From contig OZ241971.1 of the NCBI GenBank assembly GCA_965204155.1, positions 128,100 through 192,099 on the forward strand: a DNA stretch of 64,000 nt, written 5' to 3'. The notes under the pieces were generated by a model, which saw only the letters and a list, made by a program, of their open reading frames with translations, ran no database searches and was not told where the DNA came from. Position 1 is the stretch's first letter. Each line of letters starts with the position of its first letter. The DNA comes from Candidatus Rariloculaceae bacterium (lineage in GTDB: Bacteria > Pseudomonadota > Gammaproteobacteria > Steroidobacterales > Rariloculaceae). The translations under genes were made by a program, and so were the position numbers. Below, piece by piece: positions 55,461-64,000 of the stretch.

Positions 55461-58400
55461 TTGAACTGGGTGTTCCCTAATCTGAAATTGCCGGGCAAGA
55501 CGCCCCGGGCGGCGCGAACGGTACGCTGGGGGCAACTCTATGGCTCCGCCGGCAGTCTTGCGGCAAGCCAGGTCCTTGGGCGGCACCGGGGATCCGTGTG
55601 CATCGTCACCGGCTCCGCATCGGCTGCCGATTCGGTGGAGCACGAACTGAAGTTTTTCGCACCGGAAGTGCATCTGCGGCGCTTCTGCGACTATGAAACG
55701 CTTCCGTACGACGCGTTCTCGCCACCTTCGGAGCTGCTTGCCGAACGGCTGTCGGTCCTCTATCGCCTCGTCGCCGGCGGCCCGGAAGCGGTCGTCGTCA
55801 ACGCCCAGGCGCTGCTGAACCGGCTGCCGCCGCCGGACTTCATTACCAGTCGGTCGTTGATATTGAAGGCAGGCGACCGGCTTGACGTCCGGGCGCTTCG
55901 GGAACGATTCGTCAGCCAGGGGTACCTGCATGTCGAGCAGGTACTCGATCCCGGGGATTTCGCGGTCAGGGGCTCGCTCATCGATGTCTTTCCGACCGGG
56001 GCGGAATGCCCGGTCAGGGTCGATCTCTTCGATGACGAAATCGAGAACCTGCGGCTCTTCGACCCGCACACCCAACTCAGTACGGATCAGGTGTCCGAGA
56101 TTCGCATCCTGCCGGCGCGGGAATTTCCCTTCGATACCGAGGACATCCGCAGCTTCAGGCGGCGCTTTCGGGAACACGTGCCCGGCGAACCGGCCCGTGC
56201 CTCGATCTACAGGGACATTTCCGATGCCCAGTTGCCGGCCGGGATCGAGTACTACCTGCCGCTTTTCTTCGATTCGACCGTGTCGCTGGCGGACTACCTG
56301 CCGGCCGATACGCTGATCGTGTTCATGGACGGGGCGCGGGAGGGACTGGAAGCGGGGGCGGACCTGATCCGGGAGCGCTACGAGCAACTTCGCGGCGACC
56401 CGGAACGGCCCATCCTCGAGCCGGAGCTTGCGTTCTGGGAACCGGCGGAAATCCTGAAGCGCATCGCGGCCTTTCCACGACTGGAACTGGCCGCCCGTGA
56501 ACTGGAGGAAGGTACCGGGCATGGCAATTTCAATGCCGGAACCCGGCATCCCCTGAATCCGGCCGCCGCCCAGGACACGGACCCGATCGCGCGCTGGCTG
56601 GATCGCGATGGCGGGTCGAGAACGCTCGTTGTCGCTTCCTCGCCGGGGCGCCGCGAGGTGGTGAAGGAACTCCTGGCAGGCAGGGGACTCGGGCCAGTGC
56701 CCGTGGACAGTTGGCGGGAATTCCTCGATGGGGACGCGCCGCTGGCGCTTGGCGTCGGCGAGCCGGATGCAGGCCTGATCCTGCCGGACCGGGCCGTGCG
56801 TGTCGTGACCGCCGAGCAACTGGGGCTGGACCGGCCCAGGCAGCGCAGCCGGCGACGGCGTCCGTCGCGGGACCCCGAGGCCATCATCCGCGACCTGACC
56901 CACCTGCGCATCGGCGCCCCCGTGGTGCACGAAGAGTACGGCATTGGGCGTTACAGAGGTCTCAAGAACCTCGAGGTGGATGCGACCATGACCGAGTTCC
57001 TGATGCTGGAGTACGCGGACTCGGACAAGCTCTACGTACCCGTTCACAGCCTGCACCTGATCAGCCGATACACCGGCGCGGCGCCGGAACAGGCGCCGTT
57101 GCACCGGCTGGGTTCGGATCAATGGCTCAAGGCGAAGCGCAAGGCCGCCCAAAAGGCACGGGACACGGCCGCGGAGCTGCTGGAACTCTACGCCAGGCGG
57201 GCCGCGCGTCGCGGGGTTGCGTTCAGCCTGACCGATGACCTGTACCAGCGCTTTACCCTGGAGTTTCCGTTCCGGGAAACCGACGATCAGCTCAAGGCCA
57301 TCGACGATGTCATCGAGGATCTGACGAGCGACAGCCCGATGGATCGGGTAATCTGCGGTGACGTGGGATTCGGCAAGACGGAGGTGGCGCTGCGCGCAGC
57401 CTTTGTCGCCGCGCAGGCCGGCTACCAGACCGCCCTGCTGGCGCCCACCACCCTGCTCGCCCAGCAGCACCACCGCACCTTCGCGGACCGGTTCGGCGCC
57501 TGGCCCGTCCGGGTGGAACTGCTGTCGCGCTTCAGAAGCACAAAGGGCATGCGCGGGGTGAACGCCGGGCTGGCGGACGGCACCGTGGACATCGTCATCG
57601 GTACGCACAGGCTCCTGTCGGGCGACATCCGGTTCAAGCGGCTCGGGCTGGTGATCGTGGATGAAGAGCACCGCTTCGGCGTGCGCCAAAAGGAGAGGCT
57701 CAAGCGCCTGCGCACGGAGGTGGACCTGCTGACGCTGACGGCCACGCCCATCCCGAGGACGCTGAACATGGCTCTGGGCGGGCTTCGGGACCTCTCGCTC
57801 ATCGGCACGCCGCCGGCGGCCCGGCTCTCGGTGAAGACGTTCGTGGGCCAGTGGAACCGGCAGTCCGTGCGCGAGGCCGTGCTTCGCGAGTTGCGCCGCG
57901 GCGGCCAGGTCTACTTCGTGCACAACCGGGTCAAGGACATCGACTCCGTCGCCGCGAACCTGGAGCGCCTGCTGCCCGAAGCCGACATCCGGGTCGCCCA
58001 CGGCCAGATGCCCGAACGCACGCTGGAAAGCGTCATGCTGGATTTCTATCATCGCCGTTTCAACGTGCTGGTCTGCACGACGATCATCGAGAGCGGCATC
58101 GACATACCCACCGCCAACACCATCATCATCAACCGGGCCGACCGCCTCGGACTGGCGCAGTTGCACCAGATCCGGGGCCGGGTGGGCCGGTCACACCATC
58201 AGGCCTACGCCTACCTGATCGCACCGCCTGCACGAGCGCTGACGGCCGACGCGGCCAAGCGGTTGGAGGCCATCGAGGCCCTGGAGGAACTGGGATCGGG
58301 GTTCACCCTGGCCACCCACGACCTGGAAATCCGCGGCGCCGGCGAGTTGCTGGGGGAAGACCAGAGCGGGCAGATCCAGGCGATCGGATTCGCGCTCTAC

Positions 58401-58925
58401 AACGAACTGCTGGGCCGGGCCATCGCCTCGCTGCGGGAGGGCCGGGAACCGGACCTCGAGGCCCCCATGACAGCAGGGCCTGAGGTCGAGATCGGCCTGC
58501 CGGCGCTGATCCCGGAAGACTACATGCCGGATGTGCACATGCGGCTGGTCCAGTACAAGCGCATCGCCAGCGCCGCTTCGGAAGATGAACTGCGGGAACT
58601 GCAGGTCGAGTTCATCAACCGCTTCGGGCTGCTGCCGGCGCCGGCCGGGACGTTGTTCGAACTGGCCCGGCTCAAGTTGATGGCGCAAGGGCTGGGCATC
58701 GAAAAGATTCGCGCTGGCGATACCGGGGGCGTAATCCAATTCGGCGAAGACGCATCCGTCAACCCGGTGCGACTGGTGGAGCTGGTGGGCGACGAATCCG
58801 GCGCGTACCGAATGGATGGCCCGTTCAAGCTCAGATTCAAGTGGTCGCTGCGGACCGATGCAGACGCCACCGACGCTCTCGACAATCTACTGAAACGGAT
58901 CGGCGCTCGCGGCGAACCCCAGTAG
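55461..58925 (+). CDS. mfd: Transcription-repair coupling factor Mfd
   Basis: UvrB-homology N-terminus, RNAP-interaction domain, superfamily-2 translocase motifs GDVGFGKTEVA and DEEHRFGV, and a TRG motif region. TTG start at 55461 is uncertain. Confidence 0.9.
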   Translation: MNWVFPNLKLPGKTPRAARTVRWGQLYGSAGSLAASQVLGRHRGSVCIVTGSASAADSVEHELKFFAPEVHLRRFCDYETLPYDAFSPPSELLAERLSVLYRLVAGGPEAVVVNAQALLNRLPPPDFITSRSLILKAGDRLDVRALRERFVSQGYLHVEQVLDPGDFAVRGSLIDVFPTGAECPVRVDLFDDEIENLRLFDPHTQLSTDQVSEIRILPAREFPFDTEDIRSFRRRFREHVPGEPARASIYRDISDAQLPAGIEYYLPLFFDSTVSLADYLPADTLIVFMDGAREGLEAGADLIRERYEQLRGDPERPILEPELAFWEPAEILKRIAAFPRLELAARELEEGTGHGNFNAGTRHPLNPAAAQDTDPIARWLDRDGGSRTLVVASSPGRREVVKELLAGRGLGPVPVDSWREFLDGDAPLALGVGEPDAGLILPDRAVRVVTAEQLGLDRPRQRSRRRRPSRDPEAIIRDLTHLRIGAPVVHEEYGIGRYRGLKNLEVDATMTEFLMLEYADSDKLYVPVHSLHLISRYTGAAPEQAPLHRLGSDQWLKAKRKAAQKARDTAAELLELYARRAARRGVAFSLTDDLYQRFTLEFPFRETDDQLKAIDDVIEDLTSDSPMDRVICGDVGFGKTEVALRAAFVAAQAGYQTALLAPTTLLAQQHHRTFADRFGAWPVRVELLSRFRSTKGMRGVNAGLADGTVDIVIGTHRLLSGDIRFKRLGLVIVDEEHRFGVRQKERLKRLRTEVDLLTLTATPIPRTLNMALGGLRDLSLIGTPPAARLSVKTFVGQWNRQSVREAVLRELRRGGQVYFVHNRVKDIDSVAANLERLLPEADIRVAHGQMPERTLESVMLDFYHRRFNVLVCTTIIESGIDIPTANTIIINRADRLGLAQLHQIRGRVGRSHHQAYAYLIAPPARALTADAAKRLEAIEALEELGSGFTLATHDLEIRGAGELLGEDQSGQIQAIGFALYNELLGRAIASLREGREPDLEAPMTAGPEVEIGLPALIPEDYMPDVHMRLVQYKRIASAASEDELRELQVEFINRFGLLPAPAGTLFELARLKLMAQGLGIEKIRAGDTGGVIQFGEDASVNPVRLVELVGDESGAYRMDGPFKLRFKWSLRTDADATDALDNLLKRIGARGEPQ

Positions 58926-59054
58926 CTGCGCCGCAAATAAAATCACAGCTGCAGATTCGCTCTCATCCCTGGCTTTCGCTCGTTGTTTGAGGCGAATATC
59001 GGGCAACATTCAATGAGAATGACAGGCGAAAGCCACGCGTTGAATGGCTCACCG

Positions 59055-59585
59055 TTACGCTGCCTGCGTGCGTGCCGGCCTCCCTTCGAACTCGAGCAGG
59101 TACTCCTTGCGCCAGAGGCCCCCGCCGTAGCCGCCCAGGCCGCCGCCGGTCCGGACGACCCGATGGCACGGCACCAGCACGCTCACCGGGTTGCGACCGA
59201 TGGCGCTGCCCACCGCCCGGACGGCCGCAGGATTGCCGACGGCGCCGGCTATCTCCGCATAGGTTCGGGTCTCGCCGTGGGGTATCCCCAGCAATGCCTG
59301 CCAGACGGCCACCTGAAAGGCTGTCCCGCGCAGGTCCAGGGGAATGGCAGGAGGACCAGACGCACGCGCCGAACCGGCAAAGTACGCGGCCAGTTCGCTT
59401 TCCACCTGCCTGAACAGCGCCTGGTCGGCGTCGCTGACCCGCAGGTTGTACGGCAGCGCGGCCAGCGAACGGCGCGCGTCGCTGCGGTCGGCGAACTCGA
59501 TGAGGCGGCAACCGCCCCGGCCTACGCCCAGTATCAGTTCACCAATGGGGCTGGAAATTCGCTTGACGGAAATACTGTCGTTCAT
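59055..59585 (-). CDS. ogt: Methylated-DNA--protein-cysteine methyltransferase (Ogt/Ada C-domain type)
   Basis: Active-site PCHRVV and FQVAVWQALLGIPHGETRTYAEIA. The ATG at 59585 overlaps the TGA of the upstream gene (ATGA). Confidence 0.85.
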   Translation of the reverse strand: MNDSISVKRISSPIGELILGVGRGGCRLIEFADRSDARRSLAALPYNLRVSDADQALFRQVESELAAYFAGSARASGPPAIPLDLRGTAFQVAVWQALLGIPHGETRTYAEIAGAVGNPAAVRAVGSAIGRNPVSVLVPCHRVVRTGGGLGGYGGGLWRKEYLLEFEGRPARTQAA

Positions 59586-60589
59586 TCGGCACTCCAAAGC
59601 TGGCAGTCGTAAGGGTTGATCGTCTCGCCGGGCCGGTATGCCCAGGTCTTGGTCATCACCACGGGCTCGGTGAAGATGGCGGGATCCGTGACCGTCACGG
59701 AGTACTCGAGTCGACTGCCCTCGTCATTGACCCTGAATCGCTCCAGGTTGTGGACGGCTTCGGTCTGGGGAATGCCGGTCTTGTCGAAATGCGCGTAGTT
59801 GATGTGCGTTGTTTCCACGACCAACACATCGCCCTCCCATCGCCCCACCGAATGGCCGAGCAGGCCCGGCTCGGGGTTCGCGGGCACTGCCTCCGGTGTC
59901 ATGTAGATGGTGCGAACCAGATCGTATTCCTCGATGTAGAGCAGGATCCTGTCGCCCTCGTCCACGAACTCCATGGGATACGGGTTCTCCATGATGAAGG
60001 CCATCCCCTTCGGCGCGCAGTTGGCGGTGGGCTCGTCGGCGATGGGATCCCAGCCGGCGCGAGCGGTTCGCGCAAACTCCGTCAGCGGATAACTGTTGTT
60101 CCACAGCCGCCCGGCGCTGGTCCAGACCCGGAACAGGCCGAGTTCCGGATCGGCGGCGACCTCGCCCCGCAGGTCTTCGCCGATGGTGTTGTCGGACCAG
60201 CGGGGGCGTGAAGACAGCAGGACTTCCTGCCCTGACGGCAGCAGCATGTTGCTCACCCACATGGCGGTATCCGACTGCCTGCCGGCGCGGCCGGCCAGGC
60301 GAACGCGGGTACCGACCTCGACAACATCTTCGTCCAGGCCCCATCGGCTCAGTATCGAAACCGACGTGGTTTCGATATCCCAGTCCCGACCGTCATCGTC
60401 CCGCAGGGTGAAGCGGATGTGCGGGTTTTGCCAGAGGACTTCGGTGATTTCCCCTTCGACCTCGACCTCTCGGTTTTCGTAGAAGGGCGCCGAGGAGTGA
60501 TGGGCATTGACAGGGGATCCGGGAAGGATCAGCAAGCTGCACGCGCCCCAAATCGTGACTTGTCCGACCCGACGTATCAAGCTGTTCAT
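59582..60589 (-). CDS. Secreted fusion protein: HHS module plus WEG module (paralog of 3159..4196)
   Basis: Leader ...LILPGSPVNA followed by HHSSAPFYE...VEGEITEVLWQNPH. The C-terminal part carries IYMTPE...GHSVGRWEGDVLVVETTH...TDPAIFTEP. Collinear with 3159..4196 over its full length. Confidence 0.8.
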   Translation of the reverse strand: MNSLIRRVGQVTIWGACSLLILPGSPVNAHHSSAPFYENREVEVEGEITEVLWQNPHIRFTLRDDDGRDWDIETTSVSILSRWGLDEDVVEVGTRVRLAGRAGRQSDTAMWVSNMLLPSGQEVLLSSRPRWSDNTIGEDLRGEVAADPELGLFRVWTSAGRLWNNSYPLTEFARTARAGWDPIADEPTANCAPKGMAFIMENPYPMEFVDEGDRILLYIEEYDLVRTIYMTPEAVPANPEPGLLGHSVGRWEGDVLVVETTHINYAHFDKTGIPQTEAVHNLERFRVNDEGSRLEYSVTVTDPAIFTEPVVMTKTWAYRPGETINPYDCQLWSAE

Positions 60590-60671
60590 GATTTCGACTC
60601 CGGGGTTTTGGCGTTCGAACCCGCTCAGTTTACGCCATTGCAAGGCGATCCGGTGTGCTGGCCGCCGTGCC

Positions 60672-60685
60672 TGTCGCTCGCGACA
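60672..60685. promoter_or_regulatory. 14-bp perfect palindrome TGTCGCTCGCGACA in a divergent intergenic region (candidate operator)
   Basis: Lies between the divergent genes 59582..60589(-) and 60773..62554(+). A 2-nt centre makes a protein-binding site likelier than an RNA hairpin. Confidence 0.25.
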
Positions 60686-60772
60686 CGGCCATCAGCACGC
60701 AGCATTAGTGATACACCTTCGAATTATCTATGCTATCGGCCCCGAACGTCACAAGAATTGCAAGGATTCACC

Positions 60773-62554
60773 ATGCCGATCCACCCAACCCGCCGCTCTG
60801 CGGCTGCCCGATGCCCGTTCGTTGCCTCACGGCAATTCCCTCTCCTTTCGGGTTCGCTACTCATCATGCTCGGTTCGGCACTGACCAGCGTCGGCACGGC
60901 ACAGACGACCGACGCGGACAGTGAGGACTGGTGCGCCATCAGCGGCGATCTCGTGCTGACGAACGGGCGGTTCCTGACCGTGGACGCAGACGATTCCATC
61001 CAGTCCACGGTCAGGATCCGAGGCGACCGCATTGTCGCGGCCGGAGACGACGTGGGCAGTTACGACTGCGATCGGCAGATCGATCTGGGCGGGCGAACCG
61101 CGGTCCCCGGACTCATCAACAATCACCTGCATTTCCTGCGCGCCGGCATCCGGCCCGGCCATGACGTCAGGGCGGTTGAAATGTCCACGTCGATAGGCGA
61201 GCTGCAGGAGGCCATCGCCGCCCGCGCCGCCGGGCTGCCACCGGCAACGGACGCACTGGGCGGCGGCGACTTTATTTCAATCGTCGATTCGTGGAGCCCG
61301 CGGCAGTTCGCCGAACAGCGCCGGCCGACGCTGGCGGAACTGGACGAGGCGGCGCCGGATCACGCCGTGTACATGATGGGCTATCCCTTCGGTCCCGGCG
61401 TCACCAACTCCATCGGCAAGCGGTTCTTCGAAGCGGCGGGCGTCGCGGTGAGCGACGAAGGGGCCATCGCCGGCCAGCCGGGTCCGGAACTGAACGAAGC
61501 CCAGCAAGCCTACGAGGTATTGAAGCAAGGCCAGACACTCGATGACAAGCGCCGTTCCCTACGCGAACTCATGCAATTCTCCAACAGCGTGGGCCTGTCC
61601 ACCGTGCTGGAAGGCGGCGGATCGTTCCCCGGGCCCGGCGTGTTCGACGAATACGGCGACTACGACGCCGTCATGGCACTTTGGCGTGAACGCGAGCTGA
61701 CCGTGAGATTCCGGCTGTTCTTCCAGGGATGGGCCACCGTAGACGGCGGCATCGAGACCATCCAGCAGAGGGTGGACAACACGTACATGGGCCTCGGCGA
61801 CGACATGCTGAAAGTCTCGGGATTCGGCGAGAACGTCGTGGCCAATACCACGCCCATCCAGCCGCTGGAGCTGTTTGTCGACGCATACACCATTGCCGCC
61901 GAGCACGGCTGGCTGATCCACCAGCACTCCGTCAACGTGCTGGAGCTGGAGACTCACACCACCGCCTTCGAGCGCGTCAACGAAATCATCCCCATCGCCG
62001 ACCTGCACTGGAACCTGTCCCACGTGCAGGAAATCGACGAAGGCATTCTCGAGCGGCTCAAGGCCATCGGCGCCGGGGTCGCCGTCCAGAATCACTACTA
62101 CCACGGCAGCTTCGCCATGGGCGACGTCGGACCGCCCTACCGCCTGATCCTCGACAGCGGCGCCCACATGAGCGCCGGCAGCGACGGCGGCCCGTTCTCT
62201 CCGTGGGTTTCCATCTACCACATGACCACGGGCCTGACGTCCTACGGCGACCCGATTCTCGCGGACCAGGCCATCACCCGCATGGAAGCGCTGCGCGCCT
62301 GGACCCTGGGCAGCGCCTGGGACGCCCACAGCGAGGACGACCTGGGTTCCATCGAACCGGGGAAACTGGCGGACATCGTGGTGCTCTCCGACGACTACCT
62401 GTCGGTGCCGGATGAGGAGCTGAAGCGACTCAAGTCCGTGCTGACGCTGATCGGCGGCGAGATCGTCTACTCGGACGGTAACCTGGTGGCCTGCGGGGGC
62501 AACCGGGGGACATGGTTCCGGGACCGGGCGGAGTCGCGTTGCCAGCTTCCGTGA
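60773..62554 (+). CDS. Secreted metal-dependent amidohydrolase (amidohydrolase family 3, YtcJ-like)
   Basis: N-terminal export signal with an RR (TRRSAAA...LIMLGSALTSVGTAQ). GLINNHLHFL (HxH metal motif). The C-terminal GSIEPGKLADIVVLSDD is typical of the family. Confidence 0.8.
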   Translation: MPIHPTRRSAAARCPFVASRQFPLLSGSLLIMLGSALTSVGTAQTTDADSEDWCAISGDLVLTNGRFLTVDADDSIQSTVRIRGDRIVAAGDDVGSYDCDRQIDLGGRTAVPGLINNHLHFLRAGIRPGHDVRAVEMSTSIGELQEAIAARAAGLPPATDALGGGDFISIVDSWSPRQFAEQRRPTLAELDEAAPDHAVYMMGYPFGPGVTNSIGKRFFEAAGVAVSDEGAIAGQPGPELNEAQQAYEVLKQGQTLDDKRRSLRELMQFSNSVGLSTVLEGGGSFPGPGVFDEYGDYDAVMALWRERELTVRFRLFFQGWATVDGGIETIQQRVDNTYMGLGDDMLKVSGFGENVVANTTPIQPLELFVDAYTIAAEHGWLIHQHSVNVLELETHTTAFERVNEIIPIADLHWNLSHVQEIDEGILERLKAIGAGVAVQNHYYHGSFAMGDVGPPYRLILDSGAHMSAGSDGGPFSPWVSIYHMTTGLTSYGDPILADQAITRMEALRAWTLGSAWDAHSEDDLGSIEPGKLADIVVLSDDYLSVPDEELKRLKSVLTLIGGEIVYSDGNLVACGGNRGTWFRDRAESRCQLP

Positions 62555-62636
62555 CGCCCGCCAGGCACGCCATTTCCGGACGTTCCACAGAGAAACGAAC
62601 GTTTGGGCCTGCAGTCGATACTGCTATGCTACGCGC

Positions 62637-62792
62637 ATGGATACTACCTGGCTTCAATTGGCGGGAATCGTCGCGATACTGGCGTTCCTGTGGACACTTC
62701 ACCGCGATATTTCGGATTTGCGCGAACGCATGGCGCGGCTGGAAGGCTTGTTTGAAGGCTTCACACGGCGTGACGGCGTGCCGGACGGGTAG
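62637..62792 (+). CDS. Possible small (51 aa) single-TM protein
   Basis: ATG-initiated ORF below the track threshold: MDTTWLQLAGIVAILAFLWTLHRDISDLRERMARLEGLFEGFTRRDGVPDG. It has a hydrophobic helix followed by an amphipathic helix. No clear Shine-Dalgarno sequence. Confidence 0.35.
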   Translation: MDTTWLQLAGIVAILAFLWTLHRDISDLRERMARLEGLFEGFTRRDGVPDG

Positions 62793-62816
62793 TCGCCGCC
62801 AACGGATGGAGCACAA

Positions 62817-62909
62817 TGGCGGAGGTGGATGGGAATCGAACCCACCAGCCGGGTTCGCCGGCTCACTGGTTTTGAAGACCAGGGGAGTCACCAGACTCCA
62901 TTCACCTCC
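62817..62909 (-). tRNA. selC: tRNA-Sec (anticodon UCA)
   Basis: The reverse complement reads GGAGGTGAATGGAGTCTGGTGACTCCCCTGGTCTTCAAAACCAGTGAGCCGGCGAACCCGGCTGGTGGGTTCGATTCCCATCCACCTCCGCCA. It shows a 6-bp D-stem with a 4-nt loop (GGAGTC-TGGT-GACTCC) and an anticodon arm CTGGT-CTTCAAA-ACCAG with TCA. It also has a long variable arm, a GGTTCGATTCC T-loop and an encoded CCA, and lies directly downstream of selB. Confidence 0.9.
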
Positions 62910-63023
62910 ATGACGCGTAGCGCTCGGCCCGCTCGAAAACGAACCCGGGACGTCCGGGCTCGCGCCAAAGCCGCTCGCGCGACATCGGGACTCGCGGCCC
63001 CACCCGCCTATTTTACCAATGCT

Positions 63024-64000
63024 TCAGTGATCCCGGAGCCGGCGGATGTTGCCGGTGCGGATTGTGACGCCTGACGCGTCCAGGTGCTCCATCAACGGTA
63101 CGATGTACTTGCGGGTCGTGCCCAGCAGGTCCCTGACATCCGCCACGGTGAATTCGCCCGGATAGGGGAAGCATTCCGCGAGTCTCTGCTGCACGTCGAG
63201 CAATACGTCCCTGTGCATCACCAAGTGTCGACTGCGGTCATAGGTCTTGAGGCGCACCAGTGCGCCGGTGTCGGTCAGCAGCCGCAGCACGCCGGTTCGG
63301 ACCCGGTCGCCTCTCAGCACGGATTCCACCGGCGGCGGCATCAGCCCGCACGCTTGAAACGACTCCTCGATCTCCTTCGCCACGCGCCGTTCGTCGGCAG
63401 AGAGGCTCGCCAGCGGATCGAAGCCGGTCCGGCTCAGAATGGAAGCGTCATTGCGCAGTTCGCCGCGCGACTGAAGTTCGTTCACGGCATGCTGCAACGC
63501 GGCTTCATCGATATCGACCTTCAGCAGCGTGGGGATACCGGCCATGGCCAGTCCCTGCCGGCGCGGGTATTGGCGATGGAATCGCTCGATGGCAGCGCGG
63601 ATGTCATCCACGAGCCGGTCATGGGCCATTGCATCCATCAGCCGCCCGTCAGACACCTCGATGGCGCCCACGGAGCGAACCGCTGCCTCCATGTCGGCCT
63701 CGGCGATTCCCAACCTCTGCCTCAGCTCCTCGCGATCGACGCTTTCGAACCCCGATTCCTGCAGGCTGGCGCGCACCAGCGCCACGGTATCGCCCGCCGC
63801 CGCACTCTTGAGGCGTGTGACGACCGCGGAATCGAACCGGCGATGCCTGGGTGCGCCGACGTCCAGCATGCTGCCGCCGCCCAGGGTCACCACGGGCGTA
63901 AGGCCGCGCACGATGAATCGCTCTCCCTTCTGAGCGACAACGCCGCGGCGAAAGCGCAGTTGTACCAATCCGGATTCACCCGGTTCCAAGGCGTTCGTCC
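63024..64000 (-). CDS. selB: Selenocysteine-specific elongation factor SelB, C-terminal part (gene continues beyond the window end)
   Basis: The frame is open to nt 64000. The beta-barrel domain end (ERFIVRGLTPVVTLGGGSMLD) is followed by about 250 aa of winged-helix-like repeats. Adjacent to tRNA-Sec. Confidence 0.8.
   Translation of the reverse strand, partial: TNALEPGESGLVQLRFRRGVVAQKGERFIVRGLTPVVTLGGGSMLDVGAPRHRRFDSAVVTRLKSAAAGDTVALVRASLQESGFESVDREELRQRLGIAEADMEAAVRSVGAIEVSDGRLMDAMAHDRLVDDIRAAIERFHRQYPRRQGLAMAGIPTLLKVDIDEAALQHAVNELQSRGELRNDASILSRTGFDPLASLSADERRVAKEIEESFQACGLMPPPVESVLRGDRVRTGVLRLLTDTGALVRLKTYDRSRHLVMHRDVLLDVQQRLAECFPYPGEFTVADVRDLLGTTRKYIVPLMEHLDASGVTIRTGNIRRLRDH

Noticed and set aside
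55221-58166. 981-aa minus-strand ORF
   Set aside because: It is antisense to mfd, which shows all helicase motifs in the plus frame. It has no motifs and an Arg/Pro/Gly-rich composition.
60671-60686. CTGT-N8-ACAC match as an SOS box controlling the HHS-WEG/ogt unit
   Set aside because: The spacer CGCTCGCG is entirely G/C, unlike the AT-rich spacers of LexA boxes, including the two upstream of lexA in this window. It is kept only as a generic palindrome.
1-64000. Search for a selenoprotein gene (in-frame TGA joining two same-frame ORFs) because selB and tRNA-Sec are present
   Set aside because: All intergenic gaps are under about 520 nt, and no pair of adjacent same-strand ORFs looks like one protein split by TGA. 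I cannot exclude a small selenoprotein without a SECIS scan.

Overview
High-GC (by eye about 60-65% G+C) bacterial chromosomal segment. Gene content and order suggest a Gammaproteobacterium, but this taxonomic call is an inference. A conserved housekeeping backbone is recognisable. It comprises lexA-imuA-imuB-dnaE2, an lpp/oprI-like lipoprotein with an L,D-transpeptidase, and fabH-plsX-rpmF-yceD / maf / rluC / rne in the E. coli-type order. It also includes a low-molecular-weight tyrosine phosphatase, kdsB-lpxK-msbA, comEC, lol genes, sfsA, putA with a LysR regulator, mfd, ogt, and selB with tRNA-Sec. Accessory blocks interrupt this backbone. The most unusual one is at nt 1-8000, with an outlying copy at 59.6-60.6 kb. 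It is a dense array of secreted proteins built from two uncharacterised modules. One is a small module whose predicted mature N-terminus is an invariant His-His-Ser (5 copies). The other is a roughly 200-aa 'WEG' module (7 copies). The two occur as neighbouring genes, as two direct fusions, and once as a WEG module fused to a metallo-beta-lactamase fold that lacks the canonical HxHxDH motif. A p-cresol-methylhydroxylase-like flavocytochrome c pair and a signal-peptide-bearing SAM-methyltransferase-like protein lie next to this array. Other accessory items are listed here. (1) A RelE/ParE toxin-antitoxin islet. (2) An RND efflux pair. (3) A repeat-containing two-TM membrane protein translationally coupled to a di-haem cytochrome c peroxidase/MauG-like enzyme. 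(4) A Uma2-type nuclease gene with an Rpn-like C-terminal tail, bounded by 37-bp direct repeats that duplicate the msbA start. (5) An Rpn/YhgA-like nuclease. (6) An S9 peptidase, an NHL beta-propeller protein and an amidohydrolase. No rRNA, CRISPR array, integrase or transposase was seen. Many long ORFs in the track are antisense artefacts of the high GC content.
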